Assembly: GCA_950097015.1 (NCBI GenBank)
Contig: CATNEN010000038.1
Coordinates: 20,832,001 to 20,896,000, forward strand
DNA length: 64,000 bases
Direction of reading: 5' to 3'
From: Macrostomum hystrix
Lineage: Eukaryota; Animalia; Platyhelminthes
A program made the translations under genes and the position numbers. Below the pieces are notes generated by a model. It was not told where the DNA came from. It did no database searches and was given only the letters and a program-made list of their open reading frames with translations. Shown here one piece after another: positions 1-12,756 of the stretch. How positions within the stretch are numbered: the first letter of the stretch is position 1; each line of letters opens with the position of its first letter.

Positions 1-607
1 AGGCTCGTTATCAGAGAGTTACAGAGGCCTATAATGAGAAACAGAAGTCTTTCTTGTGACATTAACAGTAGAAAGACTCTTTACCCACTGGGGGGGAAAG
101 ACGACGGTAGTATTTCAAATACCCACTGTCAACTTCACGAATGGCTCCCTAACCGAATGACCGATTTTCGTGACAGTCGACCATATCAATCAAAAATTTT
201 CACCCTTTATACGATGAACTAATTTTCAAAGCCGTCCGAGTTAGCGTCGCCGAGATATTCAGCGATTCTTGTCGAAGACCCTGGTGACACGAAAAAAACA
301 TTGATTCTTTATAAACTTCTATGACGAATTAACAATTTAATCCGTCCAAAATAATTAACAATGTTAGCCGAATAGTTACATGATGACATTTTGTGAGCAC
401 GAAAAGTATGCCTATATTTGTGGTTCTTGCCACCAGACACTCCGACGAGAATCCTTGAATATCTCGACGATGCCGATGTTTTGTGATTCTGGAAGTTGTT
501 AAATCGGAAGTTGTTGTCACGGCGATTTTGTTAAATATTTTTGGAGATTCTTAACAGAGACAAATGTCAGCATTTGTGCTATTGAACAATTACAATCATT
601 CCTGCAG

Positions 608-1072
608 CAAGCCGTTGAAGTAGGCGAAGACGCCCTGGACCGGAAGTTCTCGAATCCAACCGACATGGTGATGAAGGACCGATTCATCGAGGAGCACTAT
701 TTGAACTACCTGCGTCAATTGAATCGCTGGGCGGAGCTGCCACGGTTTGCTCAGGCGTTCGGCTTCTGCAATCATCGTCTAGTTGCCGAGTGCGATTGGA
801 AACTATCGGAATGGCGCGATATGCACACTGCGCTTAGCCAGCTTGGCAACGAGTATCCGAGGCGAGACAAGTGGCGAATAGAATTGCTCTGGGGCTATTG
901 GCATCTGTGCGGCAAACCCAGGACTGAGCACGCAGAGTATGTGTCGCCAGCAATGTCGCAGCATGTTGAACGATTCTTTAAACTGGCGGTTGACAGCGTC
1001 ATCAAAGAGTGGCGCCGACTGCCAGCTCTGGTGTCCGCTGTGCACGTGCCCTACCTGCAGGCTACTCAACAG
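608..1072 (+). CDS. TRRAP: TRRAP/Tra1 (PIKK-family pseudokinase), first exon seen in window; gene begins upstream; FAT region
   Basis: Acceptor cctgcag|, donor CAG|gtaaaa (phase 0). The peptide IKEWRRLPALVSAVHVPYLQATQQ matches the TRRAP motif REWRRLPxxVSxxHxPLLQAAQQ. Confidence 0.9.
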
Positions 1073-1216
1073 GTAAAACAGTCGCTAGTGTTGCACTTTT
1101 TCAATGAAAATCTATCTATTGGCTGGGTCTAAATAGATCTTCATTTGCGAGTGTATCTATGGTAGTACCATATATATATACAAGTTATTGTGAGAATGTA
1201 GTAGAGCTGTCAGTGG

Positions 1217-3660
1217 GTGAGATGCTCAGAGAATTGTGAGATGATGCTCAGAGAATTGTGAGATAATGCTCAGGGAATTGTGAGATGATGCTCAGAGAAT
1301 TGTGAGATGATGCTCAGAGAATTGTGAGATAATGCTCAGAGAATTGTGAGATGATGCTCTGAGAATTGTGAGATGATGCTCTGAGAATTGTGAGATGATG
1401 CTCTGAGAATTGTGAGATGATGCTATGAGAATTGTGAGATGATGCTCAGAGAATTGTGAGATAATGCTCAGAGAATTGTGAGATGATGCTCAGAGAATTG
1501 TGAGATAATGCTCAGAGAATTGTGGGATGATGCTCAGAGAATTGTGAGATGATGCTCTGAGAATTGTGAGATGATGCTCTGAGAATTGTGAGATGATGCT
1601 CTGAGAATTGTGAGATGATGCTCTGAGAATTGTGAGATGATGCTCTGAGAATTGTGAGATGATGCTCTGAGAATTGTGAGATGATGCTCAGAGAATTGTG
1701 AGATAATGCTCAGAGAATTGTGAGATGATGCTCTGAGAATTGTGAGATGATGCTCTGAGAATTGTGAGATGATGCTCTGAGAATTGTGAGATGATGCTAT
1801 GAGAATTGTGAGATGATGCTCAGAGAATTGTGAGATAATGCTCAGAGAATTGTGGGATGATGCTCAGAGAATTGTGAGATGATGCTCTGAGAATTGTGAG
1901 ATGATGCTCTGAGAATTGTGAGATGATGCTCTGAGAATTGTGAGATGATGCTCTGAGAATTGTGAGATGATGCTCTGAGAATTGTGAGATGATGCTCTGA
2001 GAATTGTGAGATGATGCTCAGAGAATTGTGAGATAATGCTCAGAGAATTGTGAGATGATGCTCAGAGAATTGTGAGATGATGCTCAGAGAATTGTGAGAT
2101 GATGCTCAGAGAATTGTGAGATGATGCTTAGAGAATTGTGAGATGATGCTCTGAGAATTGTGAGATGATGCTCTGAGAATTGTGAGATGATGCTCTGAGA
2201 ATTGTGAGATGATGCTCTGAGAATTGTGAGATGATGCTCTGAGAATTGTGAGATGATGCTCTGAGAATTGTGAGATGATGCTCTGAGAATTGTGAGATGA
2301 TGCTCAGAGAATTGTGAGATGATACTCAGAGAATTGTGAGATGATGCTCTGAGAATTGTGAGATGATGCTCTGAGAATTGTGAGATGATGCTCTGAGAAT
2401 TGTGAGATGATGCTCTGAGAATTGTGAGATGATGCTCAGAGAATTGTGAGATGATGCTCTGAGAATTGTGAGATGATGCTCAGAGAATTGTGAGATGATG
2501 CTCAGAGAATTGTGAGATAATGCTCAGAGAATTGTGAGATAATGCTCAGAGAATTGTGAGATGATGCTCTGAGAATTGTGAGATGATGCTCTGAGAATTG
2601 TGAGATGATGCTCTGAGAATTGTGAGATGATGCTCTGAGAATTGTGAGATGATGCTCTGAGAATTGTGAGATGATGCTCAGAGAATTGTGAGATGATGCT
2701 CAGAGAATTGTGAGATAATGCTCAGAGAATTGTGAGATAATGCTCAGAGAATTGTGAGATAATGCTCAGAGAATTGTGAGATGATGCTCTGAGAATTGTG
2801 AGATGATGCTCTGAGAATTGTGAGATGATGCTCAGAGAATTGTGAGATGATGCTCTGAGAATTGTGAGATGATGCTCAGAGAATTGTGAGATGATGCTCA
2901 GAGAATTGTGAGATGATGCTCAGAGAATTGTGAGATAATGCTCAGAGAATTGTGAGATGATGCTCTGAGAATTGTGAGATGATGCTCTGAGAATTGTGAG
3001 ATGATGCTCAGAGAATTGTGAGATGATGCTCTGAGAATTGTGAGATGATGCTCAGAGAATTGTGAGATGATGCTCAGAGAATTGTGAGATGATGCTCAGA
3101 GAATTGTGAGATAATGCTCAGAGAATTGTGAGATGATGCTCTGAGAATTGTGAGATGATGCTCTGAGAATTGTGAGATGATGCTCTGAGAATTGTGAGAT
3201 GATGCTCTGAGAATTGTGAGATGATGCTCTGAGAATTGTGAGATGATGCTCAGAGAATTGTGAGATGATACTCAGAGAATTGTGAGATGATACTCAGAGA
3301 ATTGTGAGATGATGCTCAGAGAATTGTGAGATGATGCTCTGAGAATTGTGAGATGATGCTCAGAGAATTGTGAGATGATGCTCAGAGAATTGTGAGATGA
3401 TGCTCAGAGAATTGTGAGATAATGCTCAGAGAATTGTGAGATGATGCTCTGAGAATTGTGAGATGATGCTCTGAGAATTGTGAGATGATGCTCTGAGAAT
3501 TGTGAGATGATGCTCTGAGAATTGTGAGATGATGCTCTGAGAATTGTGAGATGATGCTCAGAGAATTGTGAGATGATACTCAGAGAATTGTGAGATGATA
3601 CTCAGAGAATTGTGAGATGATGCTCAGAGAATTGTGAGATGATGCTCAGAGAATTTTGAG
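1217..3660. repeat. 22-bp minisatellite (gagaattgtgagatgatgctc[a/t]), about 110 copies, TRRAP intron
   Basis: Direct tandem periodicity. Confidence 0.97.
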
Positions 3661-3715
3661 ACTGTAGTAGAGCCGTCAAGCTTCTATAACTCCCCCATCC
3701 AATTAATCTTTGCAG

Positions 3716-3837
3716 GTGATGGAATTGCACGAAGCGTCTGGCATCTACGCTACTTTGAACAATGTCAACTACAGCAGGACGCCTGCTACCACTAATACGC
3801 TAATACACGAAATGAAGTCCATCATTAAGACTTGGAA
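3716..3837 (+). CDS. TRRAP: TRRAP exon (not in ORF track): VMELHEASGIY...HEMKSIIKTW
   Basis: tttgcag|GTG start and AA|gtaagt end. It continues QQ|VMELxEA and joins the next exon to give KTWKNRVP, matching TRRAP KTWRNRLP. Confidence 0.88.
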
Positions 3838-4082
3838 GTAAGTTACATTTTTAGTAGTATATTTTTGCTATAATATATAGTTGTGTCAATTTTTAACGGT
3901 TAGAATATGATTTTTTAAACACAGTTTTCGCTACATATCGGGCAGATATGCAATATTGCATGTTTTCTAAACATATCGGCTAGAACTACAACATTATGCA
4001 TTAAGATTTTCGATACATATCGGGTAGATAAGAGTTTAGTGCTACTAAACGAAAGACAATCAATCAATCGTACCTTACTCAG

Positions 4083-4209
4083 GAATCGCGTCCCGGTGAT
4101 CATGGACGATCTGACCCACTGGCACGAGGTCATCCAATGGCGGCAGCATCTATTTCACGAAGTTCATCGCTCCGTGGCGTCAGGCTTTGTTCAGGATCTA
4201 CCTATGCAG
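4083..4209 (+). CDS. TRRAP: TRRAP exon: NRVPVIMDDLTHWHEVIQWRQH...
   Basis: ctcag|G (phase 2, matches previous exon), CAG|gtgaat. Contains the FAT motif DDLxHWxxxxxWRQH. Confidence 0.88.
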
Positions 4210-4279
4210 GTGAATAATGAAGATTCGAAAAAAAGTTCTTGAACTTTTAATCATATTTAATCATATCATTCTTTCTCTT

Positions 4280-4975
4280 AGAAATCCCATTCTTTCTCCT
4301 GGAAATCTCATTCTTTCTCCTGCTAAATCTTATTCTTTCTCCTGGAAATCTCATTCTTTCTCCTGGAAATCTCATTCTTTCTCCTGGAAATCTCATTCTT
4401 TCTCCTGGAATCTCAGTCTGTCTCCTGGAAATCCCATTCTTTCTCCTGGAAATCTCATTCTTTCTCCTGCTAAATCTTATTCTTTCTCCTGGAAATCTCA
4501 TTCTTTCTCCGGGAAATCTCATTCTTTCTCCTGGAAATCTCATTCTTTCTCCTGGAAATCTCATTCTTTCTCCTGGAAATCTCATTCTTTCTCCTGGAAT
4601 CTCAGTCTGTCTCCTGGAAATCTCATTTTTACTCCTGGAAATTTCATTCTTTCTCCTGGAAATCTCATTCTTTCTCCTGGAATCTCAGTCTGTCTCCTGG
4701 AAATCTCATTTTTACTCCTGGAAATTTCATTCTTTCTCCTGCAAATCTCATTCTTTCTCCTGGAATCTCAGTCTTTCTCCTGAAAATCTCATTCTTTCTC
4801 CTGTAAAATCTCACTCTTTCTCCTGGAAATCTCATTCTTTCTCCTGGAAATCTCATTCTTTCTCCTGGAAATCTCATTCTTTCTCCTGGAAATCTTATTC
4901 TTTCTCCTGGAAATCTCATTCTTTCTCCTGGAAATCTCATTCTTTCTCCTAGAAATCTCTTTTTTTCTGGAAATC
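4280..4975. repeat. 21-bp minisatellite (ggaaatctcattctttctcct), TRRAP intron
   Basis: Direct tandem periodicity; explains ORFs 4217, 4247 and 4665. Confidence 0.95.
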
Positions 4976-5756
4976 TTGTGCTATCCATTGAAGATATTCC
5001 CTAGATATCTAATGCTTTTCGCCGAAAATTCCATTCCATTTCCTTAAAATCTCATGCTGCTATCGATTGATATCTTTGATTGCTTTCAAAATATAGAAAA
5101 AAATAATGATTGCTTCCCTGCTCAAAAACGCCTAATTTTAAAAAGAATAATTCCATTAGCTATTTTCTTTTCGTTTTAAATCTAATAACGATTGTAGCAA
5201 TGCTCGAAAAAATTCTTTAGTTTGGAATATTAAAATAATACTAACAGCTACGTCTAGTTTTTAATCCTATCGAATAATGATTGCAAGAATGCATGACTAA
5301 AATGAACAACGCTAATCGCTATGCTCACAAATTTTTCTTCTTTTTCTGAATCAAATAACGCTGGCATTCGTCAGTCTTGTATCGAACAACCCTGTCTGCA
5401 ACACTCGAAAAAAATTATTTTATTTTCTCGGAGCAAAAAGTGTAATAATAAAGTTAACCAATAATTACTTCCACAGTAGCTAATCAAAAGCTCTTACTAT
5501 TAAAGGTTACCTTGAAAATATATAGGAGAAAATAACAGCTTTTTGAATATTAAATGTCTTTAGAATGCAGCAAAGTTTTTGGAAATTAACGTGTACCATC
5601 TCGTTACAAAGATAAATCTCATTTGTAAACAATGAGTTCGCTAGAACTACCACAAGACCACTTTTTTACATGGTGTGAATTGGCAGACATATGCTCGTAG
5701 TTTTCATTTGAAGTGCAATTCACTTCAGTCCTTACTGTTTCTTTCTAGGAAAACAT

Positions 5757-6400
5757 GCCAGATCCTAACTATCCGCTAATCCCAAATCCTCAGTATCCAC
5801 TAATCCCAGATCCTCACTATCCACTAGTCCTAGATTCTTAGTGTCCACTAATCCCAGATCCTCACTATCCACTAATTCCAGATCCTCACTATCCACTAAT
5901 CCCAGATCCTCTCTATCCACTAATCCCAGATCCTCTCTATCCACTAATCCCAGATCCTCTCTATCCACTAATCCCAGATCCTCTCTATCCACTAATCCCA
6001 GATCCTCACTATCCACTAATTCCAGATCCTCACTATCCACTAATCTCAGATCCTCACTATCCACTAATCCCAGATCCTCTCTATCCACTAATCCCAGATC
6101 CTCTCTATCCACTAATCCCAGATCCTCTCTATCCATTAATCCCAGATATCCACTAATCCCAGATCCTCTCTATCCACTAATCCCAGATCCTCTTTCCTCT
6201 CTATCCACTAATCCCAGATCCTCTTTCCTCTCTATCCACTAATCCCAGATCCTCTTTCCTCTCTATCCACTAATCCCAGATCCTCTTTCCTCTCTATCCA
6301 CTAATCCCAGATCCTCTTTCCTCTCTATCCACTAATCCCAGATCCTCTTTCCTCTCTATCCACTAATCCCTGATCCTTAGTGTCCACTAATCCCAAATCC
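5757..6400. repeat. 24-bp minisatellite (tatccactaatcccagatcctc[a/t]c), array 1
   Basis: Direct tandem periodicity. Confidence 0.95.
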
Positions 6401-6419
6401 ATTGTCTAATCAATCGCAG

Positions 6420-6845
6420 ACTCACCTGAAGATGATCGCGCTGCATTCCTACGTTACGGCCATGATTCAGTTCGCTAAAGTGGCTCGCAAGCATCATCTG
6501 TACTTTCTATCCATGGATGCGGTTGAGAAGCTCCAATCGTCTGAGTACAATGTCGCCCAGCCTAGCTACCTGAAGATTAAGCAGGACTTCAAGAGTCGCC
6601 TAGATATAGTTGATTCGCGCAAAGAGAACGTCCTAGAAGCTGTTGAATTCATGGAGAAGACTAGCATAAAATTCTTCAACGCCATGGAGAAGGCTGAGTT
6701 CTACAGCTACAAAGGCGTTTTCTTTGCCATGCTGAACAAAGGCGACGAGGCTAATAAGAATTTCAGCATCGCAATTCAACTGAACGATTCCCTCTATCGG
6801 GTTTGGATGCACTACGGCGACTTCCTGGAGCACGTATTTACTAAG
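6420..6845 (+). CDS. TRRAP: TRRAP exon, FAT region; 3' boundary uncertain (6845, 6851 or 6881)
   Basis: cgcag|ACT acceptor. Peptides AMIQFAKVARKH and AEFYSYKGVFFAMLNKGDEANKNFSIAIQLND...WMHYGDFLE are TRRAP-like. Confidence 0.85.
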
Positions 6846-7073
6846 GCCAGTGTCTTATATGAATGCAGATTGCTGTGTGAGGTACTTTAGTGTACTGTCA
6901 GGGGTGTATAGCCTAGCAATTAAGGTGTGCACAAATAGTTTATAGTACAGGCTATGAATCAAAAGGTGTACTGTAAAGCCTAGGAAAAGTGGTGTGTACT
7001 GTACAGCCAAGGAAAAGCGGGGGTGTACTTTACAGTTTGGATATAGCACATTGTTCAGCCTAGGGATGCTAAA

Positions 7074-7848
7074 GTGTACAGCCTAAGGATGCAAGAGAGT
7101 ACAGTCTAACGATACTCGAGTGTACAGCCTAGGGATACTCGAGTGTACAGCCTAGGGATACTCGAGTGTACAGCCTAGGGATACTCGAGTGTACAGCCTA
7201 GGGATACTCGAGTATACAGCCTAGGGATACTCGAGTATACAGCCTAGGGATACTCGAGTGTACAGCCTAGGGATACTCGAGTGTACAGCCTAGGGATACT
7301 CGAGTGTACAGCCTAGGGATACTCGAGTGTACAGCCTAGGGATACTCGAGTATACAGCCTAGGGATACTCGAGTATACAGCCTAGGGATACTCGAGTGTA
7401 CAGCCTAGGGATACTCGAGTGTACAGCCTAGGGATACTCGAGTGTACAGCCTAGGGATACTCGAGTGTACAGCCTAAGGATTCAAGAGTGTACAGCCTAG
7501 GGATACTCGAGTGTACAGCCTAGGGATACTCGAGTGTACAGCCTAGGGATACTCGAGTGTACAGCCTAAGGATTCAAGAGTGTACAGCCTAGGGATACTC
7601 GAGTGTACAGCCTAGGGATACTCGAGTGTACAGCCTAGGGATACTCGAGTGTACAGCCTAAGGATTCAAGAGTGTACAGCCTAAGGATTCAAGAGTGTAC
7701 AGCCTAGGGATACTCGAGTGTACAGCCTAGGGATACTCGAGTGTACAGCCTAGGGATACTCGAGTGTACAGCCTAAGGATTCAAGAGTGTACAGCCTAAG
7801 GATTCAAGAGTGTACAGCCTAAGGATTCAAGAGTGTACAGCCTAGGGA
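7074..7848. repeat. 23-bp minisatellite (gagtgtacagcctagggatactc)
   Basis: Direct tandem periodicity with degenerate copies in both flanks. Confidence 0.95.
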
Positions 7849-8047
7849 CGCAAGAGTGTCACTCTATGTGTACAATAGTGTACAGTCCATGTGTAGAGGA
7901 ATAAGTCCTAGGAAAAAGAGTGTATAGCCTAGAGTAAGAGGATAAATCTATAAATTTGGGAGTATTGGAAGAGTGGATTTGGGAGTATTTAGTACGGCCT
8001 TCTATGGTAATTAATTGATATGTGTTACCCAATATGTCGCCTTGCAG

Positions 8048-8665
8048 GACGCGCCCTCCCGTCGGGACCAGAACGCCATCCTAAACGGCACCTACGCCAT
8101 CCAGTGCTTCATGGAGGCGGCCAAGGCCCAGAGCGAGTGCAAGGCTCGCAGGCCAATCGCCAAGTCGATCTGGCTGCTCAGCTTCGACGATGCCTCCGGC
8201 TCATTGGCCCGCTGCTTCGAGGAGCGCACAGCCAATGTGCAGCCGTCTCACTTCCTGGCCTGGATCAATAATCTGCTAGTAGCGTTGCTAGGCAACGAAG
8301 GCAAGCACATTGTCAATCTGCTAATCGCCATTGGCAAGCAGTTCCCCGTGCCTCTTCACCTGCCAGTTCGTCAGCTGTGCGCCGTTCTGAAGGCGGAGAA
8401 TTCTCAGCAGCCTCTGTGGCGCTGCAGCAATGTACTTCATCGGGCCAAGGATTTTCACGCGGTTACTCTGAATGCCTACGAGGCCCTGTGCGACGGACTC
8501 AGCGGTCTCAGCCTCGACTGGCAGCAGGCGGCTCTGAATCAGCTGCGCCGAGTGTTTGACGCCGCCTGCGCCGCCGCGGCAGATTCCGATTTAGCCGCCC
8601 CCATACCGGCTGAAATTGCTGCTCTGTTGGCTGGAGTCGTTAAAGAGTTTGGCGGCCTCAAAGAG
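8048..8665 (+). CDS. TRRAP: TRRAP exon: AIQCFMEAAKAQSECKARRPIAKSIWLLSFDD...
   Basis: cttgcag|GAC and GAG|gtagga (phase 0). Matches TRRAP AITCY...KSRKYLAKVLWLLSFDD. Confidence 0.88.
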
Positions 8666-8956
8666 GTAGGAGTGATGACACAGCCGACTCTTCTTAATCA
8701 CAGTTATAATGATATGGGTGAGGGACGCCTGACCCACCATAAGTTACCCCTGCTAATGCTGGTACCTGTTTTAAAACTAATGAGTTAACTGGAGAAATGC
8801 TCAGTTTAGTGTCTTGCTAACATGCACAAAATCTTTTAAAAGAGTCCGGAATCGAACCCCCGACCTTCAAGTCGCTTGTCAAACCACAAGGCGATTGTGG
8901 TTTTAATTTATACCTAAAGATAAATTAAAAAATTAGACCTAGCTCAGTTAGACTGT

Positions 8957-10860
8957 CCCAGATCATCTCTGTCCACTAATCCCAGATCCTCACTCCTCTC
9001 TATCCACTAATCCCAGATTCTCACTATCCACTAATCCCAGATCCCCACTATCCACTAATCCCAGATCCCCACTATAAACTAATCCCAGATCCCCACTATC
9101 CACTAATCCCAGATCCTCACTATCCACTAATCCCAGATCCTCAGTATCTACTAATCCCAGATCCTCACTATCCACTAATCCCACATCCCCATTATCCACT
9201 AATCCCAGATCCTCACTATCCACTAATCCCAGATCCTCAGTATCTACTAATCCCAGATCCTCACTATCCACTAATCCCACATCCCCATTATCCACTAATC
9301 CCAGATCCTCACTATCCACTAATCCCAGATCCTCAGTATCTACTAATCCCAGATCCTCACTATCCACTAATCCCAGATCCTCAGTATCTACTAATCCCAG
9401 ATCCTCAGTATCTACTAATCCCAGATCCTCACTCCTTTCTGTCCACTAATCCCAGATCCTCACTCCTCTCTATCCACTAATCCCAGATCCTCACTCCTCT
9501 CTGTCCAATAATCCCAGATCCTCACTATCTACTAATCCCAGATCCTCACTATCCACTAATCCCAGATCCTCAGTATCTACTAATCCCAGATCCTCACTCC
9601 TCTCTGTCCAATAATCCCAGATCCTCACTATCTACTAATCCCAGATCCTCACTATCCACTAATCCCAGATCCTCAGTATCTACTAATCCCAGATCCTCAG
9701 TATCTACTAATCCCAGATCCTCACTCCTTTCTGTCCACTAATCCCAGATCCTCACTCCTTTCTGTCCACTAATCCCAGATCCTCACTCCTCTCTATCCAC
9801 TAATCCCAGATCCTCACTCCTCTCTGTCCAATAATCCCAGATCCTCACTATCTACTAATCCCAGATCCTCACTATCCACTAATCCCAGATCCTCAGTATC
9901 TACTAATCCCAGATCCTCACTCCTCTCTGTCCAATAATCCCAGATCCTCACTATCTACTAATCCCAGATCCTCACTATCCACTAATCTCAGATCCTCAGT
10001 ATCTACTAATCCCAGATCCTCAGTATCTACTAATCCCAGATCCTCACTCCTTTCTGTCCACTAATCCCAGATCCTCACTCCTCTCTATCCACTAATCCCA
10101 GATCCTCACTCCTCTCTGTCCAATAATCCCAGATCCTCACTATCTACTAATCCCAGATCCTCACTATCTACTAATCCCCGATCCTCACTCCTCTCTATCC
10201 ACTAATCCCAGATCCTCACTCCTCTCTGTCCACTCATCCCAGATCCTCACTCCTCAGCGTCCACTAATCCCAGATCCTTAGTATCCACTAATTCCAGATC
10301 CTCACTATCCACTAATCCCAGATCCTATCTATCCACTAATCCCAGATCCCCACTATCCACTAATCCCAGATCCTCTCTATCCACTAATCCCAGAACCTCA
10401 GTATCCACTAATTCCAGATCCTCACTATCCACTAATCCCAGATCCTCACTATCCACTAATCCCAGATCCTTAGTATCTACTAATCCCAGATCCTCACTCC
10501 TTTCTGTCCACTAATCCCGGATCCTCACTCCTCTCTATCCACTAATCCCAGATCCTCACTCCTCTCTGTCCACTCATCCCAGATCCTCAGTATCCAATAA
10601 TCCCAGATCCTTACTCCTTTCTGTCCACTAATCCCCGATCCTCACTCCTCTCTGTCCACTAATCCCAGATCCCCACTATCCACTAATCCCAGATCCTCTC
10701 TATCCACTAATCCCAGAACCTCAGTATCCACTAATCCCAGAACCTCAGTATCCACTAATTCCAGATCCTCACTATCCACTAATCCCAGATCCTCAGTATC
10801 TACTAATCCCAGATCCTCAGTATCTACTAATCCCAGATCCTCACTCCTCACTGTCCAATA
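8957..10860. repeat. 24/31-bp minisatellite of the same family as 5757-6400, array 2
   Basis: Same ccactaatcccagatcctc core. Confidence 0.95.
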
Positions 10861-10883
10861 AATCCAAAAATGTCTTCCCCTAG

Positions 10884-11288
10884 TTGCAATCGGATCCGGA
10901 GCACGCCCAGCTTCGCTCGGCCCTGTCCACCGATCCTGACCTTCGCGGCGGTGCCGGCAGCCTCCAGTCGCTGATTCGCTGCCTGTCGCGTAAATGGCTG
11001 CCGCTGTTGGAGTCTCGCGCGCGCCGACTTCCTCGAGCATTTTTATTACCGGACCGGGCGCCCCAGCTGGCCAACTTTGTGGCGCCGGCGTTGGCCGACG
11101 CCTCGGCGGAGTTGGAACTGCCCGGCGAGCAGCTGGACGGCAAGCCCGTGCAGCATTGGGTCCGGGTGCACAGTGTGCTGCCCAGTGTGCGGGTACTGCT
11201 GCGCAATGGCTGCGCTCTGCGCTGCGTCCAACTGCGCGGCACCAACGGTCGTGTCTACAGCTATCTGCTAGAGCACGACACCGGAGAG
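10884..11288 (+). CDS. TRRAP: TRRAP exon at start of the PI3K-like domain (ELELPGE...LRGTNGRVYSYLL)
   Basis: cccctag|TTG and GAG|gtgcgt (phase 0). Matches the TRRAP motifs EVEIPGE and IRGHNGKIYPYLV. Confidence 0.85.
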
Positions 11289-11454
11289 GTGCGTTTCACT
11301 GGGAATCATCTGTTTGATTATCCCTGAGATTATCACTGTGTGATTTTTCAAAAGACAATTATTGATTTGAAATTCATTAAGATTTTCTTCTGATAATCCT
11401 GTGTGATAATCCAAGCAATTGCCTGATTGATAATGTAAGAGATTACCACTTTTA

Positions 11455-11885
11455 TAATCCAAGAGATTATCTATTTGATAATCCAAGAAATTATCTATGT
11501 GATAATCCAAGAGAAATCTATGTGACAATCCAAGAGATTATCTATGTGATAATCCGAGAGATTATCTATGTGATAATCCGAGAGATTATCTATGTGATAA
11601 TCCGAGAGATTATCTATGTGATAATCCGAGAGATTATCTATGTGATAATCCGAGAGATTATCTATGTGATAATCCGAGAGATTATCTATGTGATAATCCA
11701 AGAGATTATCTATGTGATAATCCGAGAGATTATCTATGTGATAATCCGAGAGATTATCTATGTGATAATCCGAGAGATTATCTATGTGATAATCCGAGAG
11801 ATTATCTATGTGATAATCCGAGAGATTATCTATGTGATAATCCGAGAGATTACCTGTGTAATAACTCGTGAGATTACCTGTTTGA
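11455..11885. repeat. 24-bp minisatellite (gagagattatctatgtgataatcc) with internal inverted repeat gattatc/gataatc
   Basis: Direct tandem periodicity. Confidence 0.93.
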
Positions 11886-11929
11886 TAATTAGTTTAACTT
11901 GAAATCCCATTTTTAAACTACCTGCGCAG

Positions 11930-12435
11930 TCTGCAACGTCAGTGCCGGCGCTGGCCTCCTGGCGCGAGGCCTCCGTGGGCCATCTGACCCGCCTAGTGAA
12001 CTGGATCCTGGCTAAGGAGAAGGAGCCAGCTAGACGGGTGCTCCAGGCCGCCGCGCCCAAGTTCGTCGATCTAGGCACGGGGCATCGGCTGACGGAGGAC
12101 GCCGGGCGCCCTCTGAGCCTCTTGGACGCTCACCGAGACGCCAACTCGACGCCTGAACCGGACAGGCCGCTGGTTCGCTGGCTGATGGAGCGTCGAAATT
12201 CGGATAAGACTCCTCGCGACCTATTGGAAGAGCTGATCGGCGACGTGGGACCGGATCTCCTGCTCAAGCGATGCTTAGCCGAGCTGGCCGGACCCAGCGA
12301 GTTTTTCACCTTCCGCCGAGTGGCCACAGGCCAGGTGGGCCTGCTCGGCCTGCTAGAGACCACCCTGGGATTGGAGAAGGCCGGCCCGGCCCGGCTTGTC
12401 TTTCAGCTCGACACTGGCAGGATCAGCGTGGCCAG
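11930..12435 (+). CDS. TRRAP: TRRAP exon, pseudokinase core (FFTFRRVATGQVGLLG...QLDTGRISVA)
   Basis: gcgcag|TCT and AG|gtgatg (phase 2). The catalytic DRH/DFG-type motifs are absent, as expected for TRRAP. Confidence 0.85.
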
Positions 12436-12444
12436 GTGATGATA

Positions 12445-12705
12445 ATTATAGTAATAATTGCAGGCCTGTGTTGGCAATTCTGCTCATTTCGATGACTCCT
12501 GAGCATACACTCGCAGGTGTGTACATCTGGCCTGACTCTCTTATTGTCAGGCATTGTACACTCTCACTGTGCCTTGGAGGTTGGCCCTCGAGGGCGTAAA
12601 TTGCACGACAAGTCTCCGAAACCTTCTCTTCGCGGCTGCGCCCCAAATAAATGTGGCCTCGCCGCTCAAAGTCTAAAGTCCTCCTAAGATTCGAACTCCC
12701 GACCT
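12445..12705 (-). mobile_element. tRNA-derived SINE copy 1 (diverged) in TRRAP last intron
   Basis: Reverse complement contains GGTCGGGAGTTCGAATC (B box), the family body ggggcgcagccgcg...cccTCGAGGGCCAACCTCCAAGGCACAGT and an ATT-rich tail. Confidence 0.8.
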
Positions 12706-12756
12706 CTCTCGGTTGTTTTTCATTTTACTAAACTGGCGCACACATTGAATTTCAAG

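Noticed and set aside
4217-6242. Repeat-derived ORFs (also 8990, 11495, 13397-14026, 25928, 34448-35224, 54315, 59030-60337)
   Set aside because: These are translations of mini- and microsatellites lying in introns or intergenic DNA.
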